Below are positions 42,285 through 53,730 of a stretch of 64,000 nucleotides of DNA, piece by piece. The translations under genes and the position numbers were made by a program. How positions within the stretch are numbered: the stretch's first letter is position 1; every line of letters starts with the position of its first letter. Below the pieces are notes generated by a model. The model ran no database searches. It was given only the letters and a program-made list of their open reading frames with translations, and had not been told where the DNA came from. Origin of the DNA: Octopus sinensis (Eukaryota); contig NC_043008.1 in the NCBI RefSeq assembly GCF_006345805.1, positions 47,492,001 to 47,556,000 on the forward strand, read 5' to 3'.

Positions 42285-44087
42285 AACAATAACATTTTCT
42301 ATGAGGTTATTAACAACTACAAACAGCAAAAAACAATCAGAAACCTCACCACACTCATACGCCAACACGGTCAGGGACTCACAGAAGAAGAAAGGGATTA
42401 TATCACCATTTTCAAATGCAAGCCCAGCCTTTTTTATGGCCTTCCTAAAATCCATAAAAACAAATACATCACCGAAGCCTGCAAACTCTCCACTGACATC
42501 CACATCAACATCAAAGCACCGGAGGACCTAAAGCTAAGGCCCATCGTGGCTGGTTCCTCCTGTGAAACACACCGCCTGAGTAACTTCCTAGACATCCTTT
42601 TGAAACCTTTCCTTACCCACATCAAAAGTTTCATTAGGGATGATCTGGACATGCTCAAACACCTCCCGAAAACAGTTAACGAGGAGGCACTCCTGGTATC
42701 CTTTGATGTCATCAACCTCTACACCAACATCCCACATGAGTATGGTATAGAGGCAATTGACTTCTGGCTAGAAAACCACCCAGAGACATTCCCTGACCGC
42801 ATTAACAAGTCTTTTATTACAGAATCTCTCAAGTTCATTCTGACAAACAATTTTTTTCTCTTCGACGACACACACTACCGTCAAAAATGTGGTATTGCGA
42901 TGGGTACCAAGGCTGCACCAGTCCTTGCGAACCTCATAATGGGTTACTTCGAACTGTCACTCTATGAAATATCAAGCCAGAAATTTGGACATGTTTTCCA
43001 CACCTACCTAATGGAAAACTGGAAAAGGTATTTAGATGATTGTTTCATCATATGGAAAGAACCTTATGAAAAACTCCTGGAATTCAAAACCATACTAAAC
43101 AACATACATCCCAACATCCAATTCACTATGGAATTAAGCAAACATCATCTCCCATTCCTTGATCTCCTAATTATAAAAACACCTAAGAACCAAATAATAA
43201 CAGACATCTACCACAAACCTACAGACTCACAACAATACCTCCTCTTTAGTTCATGCCACCCAAAACACACCAAGACAAATATCCCTTTCAATCTATGCAC
43301 CATTGTCTCGGATCCAAAAACACGAGAAATACGCCTTCAAGACCTCAAAAAAACACTATTACAACGTCAATATCCCTCCACCCTTATAGAGTATGGAATA
43401 AAACGCGCCAAAGAACTAGACAACACTACACTGAAAACCACCCAACCTAACACCACACACAACCTCAAAATACTTCCATACATTTCCACCCACAACCCCC
43501 AAAATATCGAAGCATACACCACAATCATACAAAACCTCAGTCTACTGTCAACAGACCCAAAAATGAAAAACATTATAAATACACACAAAATCCTCAAATG
43601 CAAAAGGCAACACAAATCTTTAAAAAAACTCTTGACAAATGCCAAACTTCACACACCACATCCACCCCCAACAGTAAAAAAATGTGCACGCTCAAACTGT
43701 GATACCTGCCCCTTTCTACTTGAAGGCTCCGAATTTACCTTCAAACAAGGAACGAAGTTTAAAATCAAGACTAACTTCTCCTGTTCCTCCGAGAACCTTA
43801 TCTACGTTCTCACATGCGCTGGTTGCCAACATAATTATGTTGGACAAACGAGTCTCCCGTTACGTAAACGAGTAACGGTGCATAAAGAACAAATAAATCT
43901 CCCGGAATACCGACACATTCCACTGAGTGACCACTTAGACTCATGTGCTAAAGACTTAAACCCCAAATTCTATATATTCCCCTTCTACCAATGTAAAGAC
44001 GGGATCACCACACAGGAGAGAATTAACAAGGAGAATCTCTTTATTGAAAAATTCCAAACACAACTTAATATGCAAACTCCTCGTTGA
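42285..44087 (+). CDS. Penelope-like element ORF: reverse transcriptase plus GIY-YIG endonuclease (5'-truncated, about 600 open codons)
   Basis: The frame of track ORF 42546-44087 stays open upstream to about 42285. Motifs: FYGLPKIHK, LRPIVAG, LVSFDVINLYTNIPH, GIAMGT..AP.LANL, RYLDDCF, LPFLD, YHKPTD..QYL..SSCHP, a C-x4-C-x2-C linker, and NLIYVLTC..C..NYVGQT...R...H. Confidence 0.95.
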   Translation, partial: NNNIFYEVINNYKQQKTIRNLTTLIRQHGQGLTEEERDYITIFKCKPSLFYGLPKIHKNKYITEACKLSTDIHINIKAPEDLKLRPIVAGSSCETHRLSNFLDILLKPFLTHIKSFIRDDLDMLKHLPKTVNEEALLVSFDVINLYTNIPHEYGIEAIDFWLENHPETFPDRINKSFITESLKFILTNNFFLFDDTHYRQKCGIAMGTKAAPVLANLIMGYFELSLYEISSQKFGHVFHTYLMENWKRYLDDCFIIWKEPYEKLLEFKTILNNIHPNIQFTMELSKHHLPFLDLLIIKTPKNQIITDIYHKPTDSQQYLLFSSCHPKHTKTNIPFNLCTIVSDPKTREIRLQDLKKTLLQRQYPSTLIEYGIKRAKELDNTTLKTTQPNTTHNLKILPYISTHNPQNIEAYTTIIQNLSLLSTDPKMKNIINTHKILKCKRQHKSLKKLLTNAKLHTPHPPPTVKKCARSNCDTCPFLLEGSEFTFKQGTKFKIKTNFSCSSENLIYVLTCAGCQHNYVGQTSLPLRKRVTVHKEQINLPEYRHIPLSDHLDSCAKDLNPKFYIFPFYQCKDGITTQERINKENLFIEKFQTQLNMQTPR

Positions 44088-44710
44088 TCAAACTTCCTTT
44101 CTCTACCTCACTCTTCATGGATGGACTAACACAATATATAAAGATACCATGCATTCATCACTTCAAGCTAAAACTTATATTCTTTAAATATCATTTTTAC
44201 TATTGTTGTTATTACTATCAGTTTTATTATAAATGATATGACAATTTGAAATGCAATTATCTATGCAGATTTATATAATTAGAAAATAATATAAATAAAG
44301 TGTTAAAATCTGAAAGTTAAGTTAACAAGCAATTATATATAAAAAAAGATAACGCAAATGAAGCTAAAATGATAATTTTATAATTTGGGTTTTATTGAAG
44401 AACTCAAAAGAGTTGTCTCCCCTTACTCACAACACAGGAACTGAAGAACCACAATTACTACTACTTCCTGTCCTGCAAACATGCTGAATTAAACAACACA
44501 ACACATGCTCTTAATCCCTTTGGATCTTAACACCTCAAGGTAATTTTTTCGTGAACAATCATAAAACTCAAGATACACAACGAACTCACAATGTATCGGA
44601 GTACTTATTTTTTAATTTTTGTACATTTTTATCATTATTCTTTTACAAAAAACAATGCAATTTTCTTTTTTTCCCCTTTCTAATTTTTAAAAAAACTTTT
44701 TAAAACATAA

Positions 44711-44752
44711 ATGTTCTTGACAAGTCATACAATGACGAAAACCGGTTGAATA
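44711..44752 (+). ncRNA. Degenerate hammerhead at the 3' end of the Penelope-like element
   Basis: TGTTC-TTGACAA-GTCA(TACAA)TGAC-GAAAA-CCGGT-T-GAATA. Stems I and II and a palindromic ACCGGT are present; the core has two substitutions plus an extra A. Confidence 0.5.
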
Positions 44753-44888
44753 AATATATATTTATATATTTTATCAATTTCTCATTTTATTAAAATTTTC
44801 TTTCATTTGAGCATTCTGCATTTTAAAAAAAATTTTCCTTACTTATCATTTCTCCACGTGCGGTCAACACAAGCCCACCACTTATTGA

Positions 44889-44937
<49 letters not shown>

Positions 44938-45270
44938 CAAAAGAAAACAAAAATCTAATGTTCGCTGCATTTTATATTACTATGTTTTACAATCAAGAAC
45001 GGATTACTTCAGAAATTTTTCCTTTTCTGAGCGTCAACTTAATTACATTACCTGTGAACCTTTCTTGGAATTGTGTTGTTTGTTTGTTATTTTTATTTTA
45101 TTTTATTTATTATCGCATACTCACGCATTTGATTACTTTGATCCTAGGATTAGCTTACATATTGGACACCCATTGGATCCCCGTCTGGAACTACATCGGA
45201 CTACACCTTCGATCACACATACATCCCTCGATCAGACAAATATCCTTCTCAGACTCTCTCTCTCTCTTTC

Positions 45271-45331
<61 letters not shown>

Positions 45332-45362
45332 TATATATATCCATATATATATGTATATATAC

Positions 45363-45399
<37 letters not shown>

Positions 45400-45425
45400 C
45401 ACACATATATATATATATATTTATA

Positions 45426-45532
<107 letters not shown>

Positions 45533-46734
45533 TATATATACATTTTGCCGTTAGCTCCCCTAAACCTAAAGCACGCAATACAATTGTTGTTTATCGAACC
45601 GACTTTGTGATGATTACAAAGCAATATAATGGGATGAATGCAGTTGGCAGTATCTTACTTAAGAGAATATAGGATTACGATTTCTTAAAATAGACCAATA
45701 TTAGTGGTGACTATCATATAGTTATGTTCTCAAAGTACAGATTCTGCCAGGTGGCTCTGATTAGCAATCGTAGGTAGACCATGTCCCTTATACTTGGCAC
45801 GACATTTATATACTACACGATCTTCAAGCATTCTTCTACCTGTTCTCCAATAAATATTCAACTTTGAGATAATTAAAAGGATCAAACGTAGAAATTATTT
45901 CAGCAATTCAAAAACAGAATGGTTAACTAACAAAAATGTAAATGCTGTAAATATTTACTTTTTTGAAATTATCAAAAATCCTCAAAATTTCATTCTTAAA
46001 CATTTCGGCATCTCTATTCAAAATAAGGTAAACATGTTTGAAAAGGAATAATGTCAGATCCTCTTCTGATAACGCGTCGTGTAAAGTTGTAGCGAGGTGT
46101 TTTAATATTGTTACACGTAGATGGTATCATAAAACACCGTAATGGTTAGATTTAGTGTTGCAGCATACTAAGCATGATATTCGTTAGATAAGACACTCTT
46201 TCGGGAGTGTTCATTCTTTTTTTTATATTTATATTTCATGTGTTAATGTTAAAACAATGTGTTTGATTACGCGCTAAAGGTTTAACCAATTCAGCACCAG
46301 TGAGCAGGCTTCAAAAATTCAGGTCATAATGGATGACAGTAATACTGGATGCATCTTTTAACTCTGTCTTCGTTAAGGCGGACGTATTGTTTTCAGTCGT
46401 GTTGCATTGTTTGTTAGTCCGTGGACAATATATCTCAAGAACCGTTGGATGGATTCGGATGAAACTTTCAGAGATGTTTGGCCTCGTGGTTGGCACGAAC
46501 TGATTAGATTTTGGAATTGATTGGGTACAGCGCAAGGATTCTGGATTATTTTTTCTGTTTTTTGCATTTAATTTTTGAGAGCGGTCGGGTTCATTTTTAG
46601 TGTTCTCGTTTGTGAGAGCAGTCGCGTTTATTTTAGATATTCTCATAATAAAAATCATTCTCTGGCTAATTGTTGAGAGGATGCTGGTGTTGCCTTGGTG
46701 GACTTAGCACTTTCTGAGTGCTCTTGTTTGTTTT

Positions 46735-47060
46735 ACTTGTTTCCGTCATTAGACTGCAATCCTCTTTGGAAGTTTGGAAGTTTCATACTCATTTAAGTTA
46801 TGGGAATGTAAACACATGGTTGTCAAGAAATGATAGGAGTCAAGCACAGATACGTGCACACACGCACACAAACAAACAAACACACATACATATACATTTA
46901 TATACGAAGGGTTCCTTTCAGTTTCCGTCTACCATAACCACTTACAAGTCTTTGGTCGGCCCGAAGCTATAGTAGGAGGCAATTGCCCAAGGCGCCACGC
47001 AGTAGTGGGACCGAACCCAGAACCATCTGATTGCGGAGCAAACTTATTTCCATACAGATT
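46735..47060 (-). mobile_element. tRNA-derived SINE, diverged or partial copy
   Basis: tttcagtttccgtctacc...ttggtcggcccgaagctatagtag...ttgcccaaggcgccacgcagt..gggaccgaaccc matches the family. Confidence 0.7.
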
Positions 47061-49114
47061 CGCCTGGGGCTGTGTGTGGATGAATATAAAGAATATATTT
47101 GCTCATATTTGATTGAACAGTAAGTCGTGTGGACGTAAAAGAAAGGATTTATCTGAATGAATTCTCAATTGGGAATGTTGATTTATTCATTTGCTCCTTG
47201 CTTTGATTTCGATATCATACAATCGAGTTAATAAAGTATGTTTGTGGTTAGATCTATGAAGTACATCTGATTTTGTTTGGAAGAGCAAAGTGACATACTG
47301 ACATTTCATTATTCTGATTATTTGAAGAAGTAAGCAACCACATCTGGATTCAGGTTATCTTACATTTTCAATATTGTCTGAGTCCTAGATGTCTAATACA
47401 TGAAAATAAAGTAAGCCTGCATCAATACAAGCGCAGTAATTCAGAGTTCCATAAGCTGAGATATTACACTCTTCGATTGCCGAGATTATTATATCAAAAA
47501 TAAGAACGCTAAGAATTATTCCATTGGCAATAATACCCGCAAGAATGACTACGCTTAGATGCGTACTGTAGAGTCTTCTCAGGTTAATCAGTAATAGAGT
47601 TTGAAAATTGAATCGGTTCAGCTAAATCAATGTTTAACAAAAAAAGAAATAATATTTCCACCAATTATATTTATCTATGATATCTTAATTTAGACATTTC
47701 ACTGAAATTAAACTGCTTTGATTCTCTGACTTCAACTTTCAAGCATGAATAGCGATATCATTAGCAATTCCTTTCTACTATTCAGACAAAGCAAAATATT
47801 TTTTTACGTATATGTATGTTCAATTACCGAAGTATAAGAGTAAAACAGAACCAGTAAAGCCTGTTGTAGTCTTCAATTACATATTAATTGAATGCAACTA
47901 AAATATTAATGGCACAATTAAGCATACAATTTTAAAACACCTGCGTCTTGTAAGAACTATTTTATGACCATCTTTTAGTACCTAAAAACAAGCGCAAGGT
48001 ATAAAAACAGCCAAGTAATTGTATTGGCTAAATTTCAAATTAGTGAAAACATGTTTAAATTATGTGATGTTATCAGACATTAGAATTAGTGTAACGTACA
48101 TACAAAGTACAATATTCCACACTGAATATTTTCAACTATTTTCGAATAATCTTCAAATGTAGTAAGAATTTACAATATACCTATAAATATTTAAGCAGTT
48201 GATCAAATTGTATTACTTAAACATACATATTTGTGGATGGAGGAAAAGGAGTTGGTCGTATTGTTATACTCAATGCTGGGCGTTAGGGCATTAAGATCAG
48301 TCACAGTTATTGTCTCTATTGAAGCAGAAAGGTCTCCGGTTTGAACAGGAATTATATAAGAATTATATATGATTTCTGGGGATCTCCTCTTGTAGAGCCG
48401 GCAAGTGTAGAAAGGCGAATTTTGTAAATTGTCAGAATGGCTTGAATAACGAGTAAAATGTATTGGAGTATAAAAGGGCGTCAGTTTGTGAGGCCTTCTT
48501 TGCCTTGAATTAAGAACTGAAATATTGTATGGCCTTGAACGTATGTTAGAAAATAGAGTTGGGACACAGTGTCTTGGGAAGACTCCATTGTGTGAAAAGA
48601 AGTGCGAATATTATAAACCTTAAATGAAGTTTTTCAGACTTCCTGAGTTTCTACTAACTTTGCTTCATTGAATGAACGACTCTTACGAATACATATATAC
48701 ATGCACATATATGTATACATACAGAAATATGCAGATCCACTCGCATACATGCATGTATGTGTGTGTGTGTGTTCATATTTACAGACCTCGTAAATGTGCA
48801 CTGTATAGATTTATATTTCTTCTCCCTCTCAAAATTCCTTAACTTTAACCAACGTCCGATGCTGGCTTCTCTGGCTGATACCTCCAAGTCAAAAGTCAGG
48901 TTAGCAGTAAGGTCAATACGAGTTTTATTAAAGTATAAATTCATACTCTAGCGGAAGTATTGAGTAATCTTTGAGTTCAGCTTAAAATTGTTTTTATTAT
49001 AATATCAAATGAAATATTTATATATATATATATATATATGCGTGTGTGTGTATGTGCGTGTGTGCGTGTGTATGTGTATGAGTGGTGGGAGATAACACGG
49101 ACAACAAAACATTA

Positions 49115-49145
<31 letters not shown>

Positions 49146-49148
49146 CAT

Positions 49149-49179
<31 letters not shown>

Positions 49180-49190
49180 GTATGTATATG

Positions 49191-49251
<61 letters not shown>

Positions 49252-49254
49252 TAC

Positions 49255-49358
<104 letters not shown>

Positions 49359-49494
49359 TCACAATCAAGATACAGAAATGGCGTATTCCGAATGGACAAA
49401 GTAATTTAATCCGTGCGAATTAGGAACTCCAAAGTCAGTCGGAAGGCCGGGGGTCCATGTGAGCGTGCGGTAAATAGTTAATAAAGAAAAAAAA

Positions 49495-51745
49495 AATAAA
49501 CGAAGAAAAAACACCAAGAAAAACGCAACAACGTGAGGACATGATACATGCAAAGTATTAGCGGACGCTCAGAGAAAGAAAGATAGTCTTTTGCGTTTGG
49601 AGCAAAGCACTTGTTCCGAAAGAGGAGAGAGAGGAAAGTTCCAGAGAAAAGAAAGCGGAGAAAAATAATCGTCAGCGATCCACATATGGTTACATTTTGA
49701 AATGACCGGAAGGGAACGGATGAAGTGAAAGTTCTTTCCAGCTACACGCACATACACGTACACACACTCACACACGCACACACACACACACATCCAGTAA
49801 TGCACATATGCTCTACACACATAATCCGACATACACACACACATATACACGCGCACACACACATACGTACACGCACATGAAAGTACATATACCTGCCACA
49901 CACACACAGCACACACTCATACATACACGCACACAGTTACACATATACGCGCATACACACATGCACAGATACACACACATATACACTCACAGATACGCAC
50001 GCGTGTAAGAGAAGGAGAGTGTGAGAGATGGAGGAGTGTTCGTATGTGTGGGTATGTGCGTGCGCGCAGGCATTTGTGTGTGTGTGTATGTGTAATAGCA
50101 TGTCAGTGAGTGTATGTGTGTTCTGTGTGCGTGCGGCGTTGGCTGTTTATATGTGTGTGTGTGAGTGGACTTTGTGTCTCTTAATGTTGTAGGTAGAATT
50201 CAGCAGTATGATAACAGGAGTGGTGGTCTTTTGTGGAGCTGTGTGTCTCTTCACATGTGCCCAAAGGAATGGTCAGAAGAAAAGCGTTTGACTGGCAGTT
50301 TGAAGTATGTGTATGTATGTGTGTGTATGTCTGTGCGTGTATGTATATGTGGTGTGTGTGCTTTGTGTGTTGCGTATGCGTGCGTCTGTGTATGTGTGTG
50401 TGTGTGTGCATGTGTGTGCGTATGTGTGTACAGGTGTGTATGTGTGTATGTGTATGCGCATGCGTGTATATGTATTTGCATGGGGATGTGTGTGGGGTTT
50501 TGTGTGTGGAAGGACATGTGCGCTCGAGTGAGTGTGTGTACGTACGTGTGCGTATCTGTGAGTGTATATGTGTGTGTATATGTGCATGTGTGAATGCCCG
50601 TGTATGTGTAACTGTGTGCGTGCATGTATGAGTGTGTTGTGTGTGTGTGGGAGGTATATGTACTTTCATGTGCGTATGTGTGTATGTGCGTATGTATTTG
50701 TGTGTGTGCGCGTGTATATGTGTGTGTACGACGGGTTATGTGTGTAGAGGCATATGTGCGTTCCTGGACGTGTGTGTGTACGAGTAGGTGCGTGTGTGTA
50801 TGTGCGTGTAGTTGTATATGCGTGTGTGCGTGTATGTGTACGTGTGCATCTGTATGTACGTGTGTATGTGTGTGTGCGTGTGTATACATGTGTGTGTGTG
50901 CGCGCCACAAAACACACGCAACATATACATACACGCACAGACATACATACACACACATACACCTACTTCAAACTGCCAGTCAAACGCCTTTCTTCTGATC
51001 ATTTCTCTACGCCCACGTGAAGAGACGCACAGCTCCACAAAAGACCACCACGCCTGTTACCATACTGCTGAATTCTACCAACAACATTAAGAGTCACAAA
51101 GTTCACTCACACATACACATACAAACAGCCAACACCACATACACAGACATACACATACATGCTATTACACACACACACTTGCGGGCACATACCAACACAC
51201 ACACACAGATACCTCCTTTTCTCACACTCTCCTGACTTAGCAAGGACTTCTTCTTTATCCATTCACTTCCGGTCATTTCAAAATGTAACCACATGTGAAT
51301 CTTTGGCAATGTATTCCTCCACCTTCCTTTTTTCTCTGGGACTTTCTTCTCTCTCCTATTTCTGAACAAGTGCTTTGCTGGAAACGGAAAACTACCTTTC
51401 TTTCCTTCCCTGAGATTCTGCTAATACTTTGCATGTCTCACGTGCTCGCGTTGTTATTTTTTCTCGTTATTTTCATTTCGTTTTTTCTTTGCATTATATG
51501 TTTATATATATGCGTGTGTGTGTGTGTATGTGTGACCTCGTGTGTACCGTTGGCGATTTTTTTCCTCCGTCATCCCTTCCTTGGATCTTTCCTTTCCCTA
51601 TGCTTCTGACGAAGATCTCCGCTCGAAACGTTAAGTCCTCCTTCTTTCTTTCCTTTCCTGAGCGTCCAAGAACACTATACTTGTTCCACGTCCTCGCGTT
51701 GTTGTGCTTTCTCATTGTGTTTGGATTAACTATATACACACACAC
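49495..51745. repeat. Nested inverted-repeat complex: family A copies plus inverted CA/TG-rich unique segments
   Basis: 49495-49745 is the reverse complement of 51240-51490; 50005-50370 of 50900-51240; 49745-50005 of 50540-50810. A second tandem family A copy lies at about 51520-51745. Confidence 0.85.
51602..51636 (+). ncRNA. Minimal type-I hammerhead ribozyme motif (PLE type), catalytic core intact
   Basis: GCTT-CTGACGA-A-GATC(TCC)GCTC-GAAA-CGT-T-AAGT. Stem I GCUU/AAGU, CUGANGA core, stem II with one mismatch, palindromic ACGU stem III, GUU cleavage triplet. Confidence 0.7.
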
Positions 51746-51967
51746 TTTTACTCATTTACTTGTTTCAGTCATTTGACTATGGCCATGCTGGAGCACCGCC
51801 TCTAGTCGAGTTCATCGACCCAGGACTTATTCTCTGTAAGCCGAGTACTTATTCTATCGGGCTCTTTTGCCGAACCGCTACGTTACGGGACGTAAACACA
51901 CCACCATCAGCTGTCGAGCGATGTTGACGAGACAACCACAGACACACAAATATATACACAAACATAC

Positions 51968-52015
<48 letters not shown>

Positions 52016-52150
52016 GACGGGTTTCTTTCAGTTTCCGTTCACCAAATCCACTCACAATGCATTAGTCGGCCCAAAGTTATAGTAGTACAAGACACCTGCC
52101 CATGGTACCATGCAGTGGGACTGAACCCGTGACCATATAATTCGGAAGCA
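51746..52150 (-). mobile_element. tRNA-derived SINE, same family
   Basis: Colinear similarity to 28933-29351. Confidence 0.8.
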
Positions 52151-52421
52151 AACCTTTTACTATAATACTATGTATATATGTACGCTTATATATGATTGTG
52201 TGCGTTTGTGTTTGCCCCCTGCCACTGCTTAACATCTGGTGCTGGTTTGTTTGCATCCCCGTGACTTGGCGCTCAACTAAAGCAACCTCTAGAATATAAA
52301 CAGGGTCGATTAGCTCGATAAGATCCTTGAAGGTAGTGCTCCAGCATGGTCGAAGCCCAATGTCGAAAACAAATGAAAGACAAAAGGTCAAACGCTATAC
52401 ATAGAATTGTTCATATACATG

Positions 52422-52482
<61 letters not shown>

Positions 52483-52484
<2 letters not shown>

Positions 52485-52698
52485 CTCTTTTAGTCTTTTC
52501 CTCTTATTTGTTTCAGTCACTTGACTGCGGCTATGCTGGAGCACTTCCTTTGGTCGAATACATCCACCCCAGGAGTCATTCTTTGTAAGCCTAGCACTTA
52601 TTCTATCGGTCTTTGTTACCGAACAGCTAAGTTACGGGGACGTAAATACACCAGCATCGGTTGTCAAGCGGTGTTGAGGGGACAAACACACACACACA

Positions 52699-52732
<34 letters not shown>

Positions 52733-52895
52733 GGACGGGCTTCTTTCAGTTTCCGTCTACCATATCCATTCACAAAGCTTTGGTCGTCCCGAGGCTATAG
52801 CAGAAGACACTTGCCCAAAGTGCCACGCAGTGGGACTGAACCCGGAACCATGTGGTTGGTAAACAAGCTACTTACCACACAGGCACTTCTGTCCT
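52483..52895 (-). mobile_element. tRNA-derived SINE, same family as 28933-29351
   Basis: Colinear high similarity to 28933-29351. Confidence 0.85.
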
Positions 52896-53532
52896 AGAGC
52901 GAGAGACAGACAGACAGACTGAGAGAAATAGAGAGAGAGAGACAGACAGAGAGAGAGAGAGAGAAATAAACATGATTTTAATAACATATGTAAGTGATTA
53001 TAGTTGTTTTAAAATTTAATGAGCAAGCTGACTAAAGCTAATGGCTCTGGCGTCGTACGCCCGCCTCTACACACACGCATTCATGAGTAATTGTATATAT
53101 TTTGATATGATGTACACTTCTAGCTCATTATATAAATATAATGTAAAACGTGTTCGAATACTTCATCTGTTTCGACGATGAGGCATAGAAGTTGTTGCTT
53201 TAAATTATTGTATTATCTCCAACAACTAATATTTTTATTTGAATAAGACTGTCCAAATATAAATGTAACGCATGCTTACAAGTTTGAAACAGGTTTTCTT
53301 TTTCGGAAACTGAGAAATGGTAGGTGCCTGTAGTTGTTTTTCTATGCGTATTCGTGTGTGCGTGTATGTGTTATAGCAAAATAGTTTATAAGGAAACCAT
53401 GTCAACAAGGAAGAATTCAATAGATTTGCCTCTCCACGTGCAAAACATTCTTCGGTTGAAAACGCATAAACAAGATTTACACTCTGTAAAGGATGTCATG
53501 TAATTTCAAACTCGTTCCATTAGAATTACATG

Positions 53533-53624
<92 letters not shown>

Positions 53625-53697
53625 TATATATATGTATATGTATGTATATGTGTGTGTATATGAATATATAATATATATATATATTTATAGGTAAATT

Positions 53698-53730
<33 letters not shown>

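Larger units (their letters stand above)
42280..44890 (+). mobile_element. Penelope-like retroelement (Neptune/Naiad-like), 5'-truncated, between (TA)n tracts
   Basis: RT-GIY-YIG ORF, then about 800 bp of 3' region containing a degenerate hammerhead motif (44711-44752). Both ends run into (TA)n. Clade is inferred from the Cys linker and the insert between PKIHK and LRPIV. Confidence 0.85.

Noticed and set aside
44088-44300. Possible SECIS element behind the Penelope ORF
   Set aside because: No in-frame TGA in the ORF and no clear AUGA/GA kink-turn hairpin by eye.
46355-46640. Possible Helentron/DINE-like non-autonomous repeat
   Set aside because: Suggestive palindrome and internal motifs, but I could not define the ends or the family.
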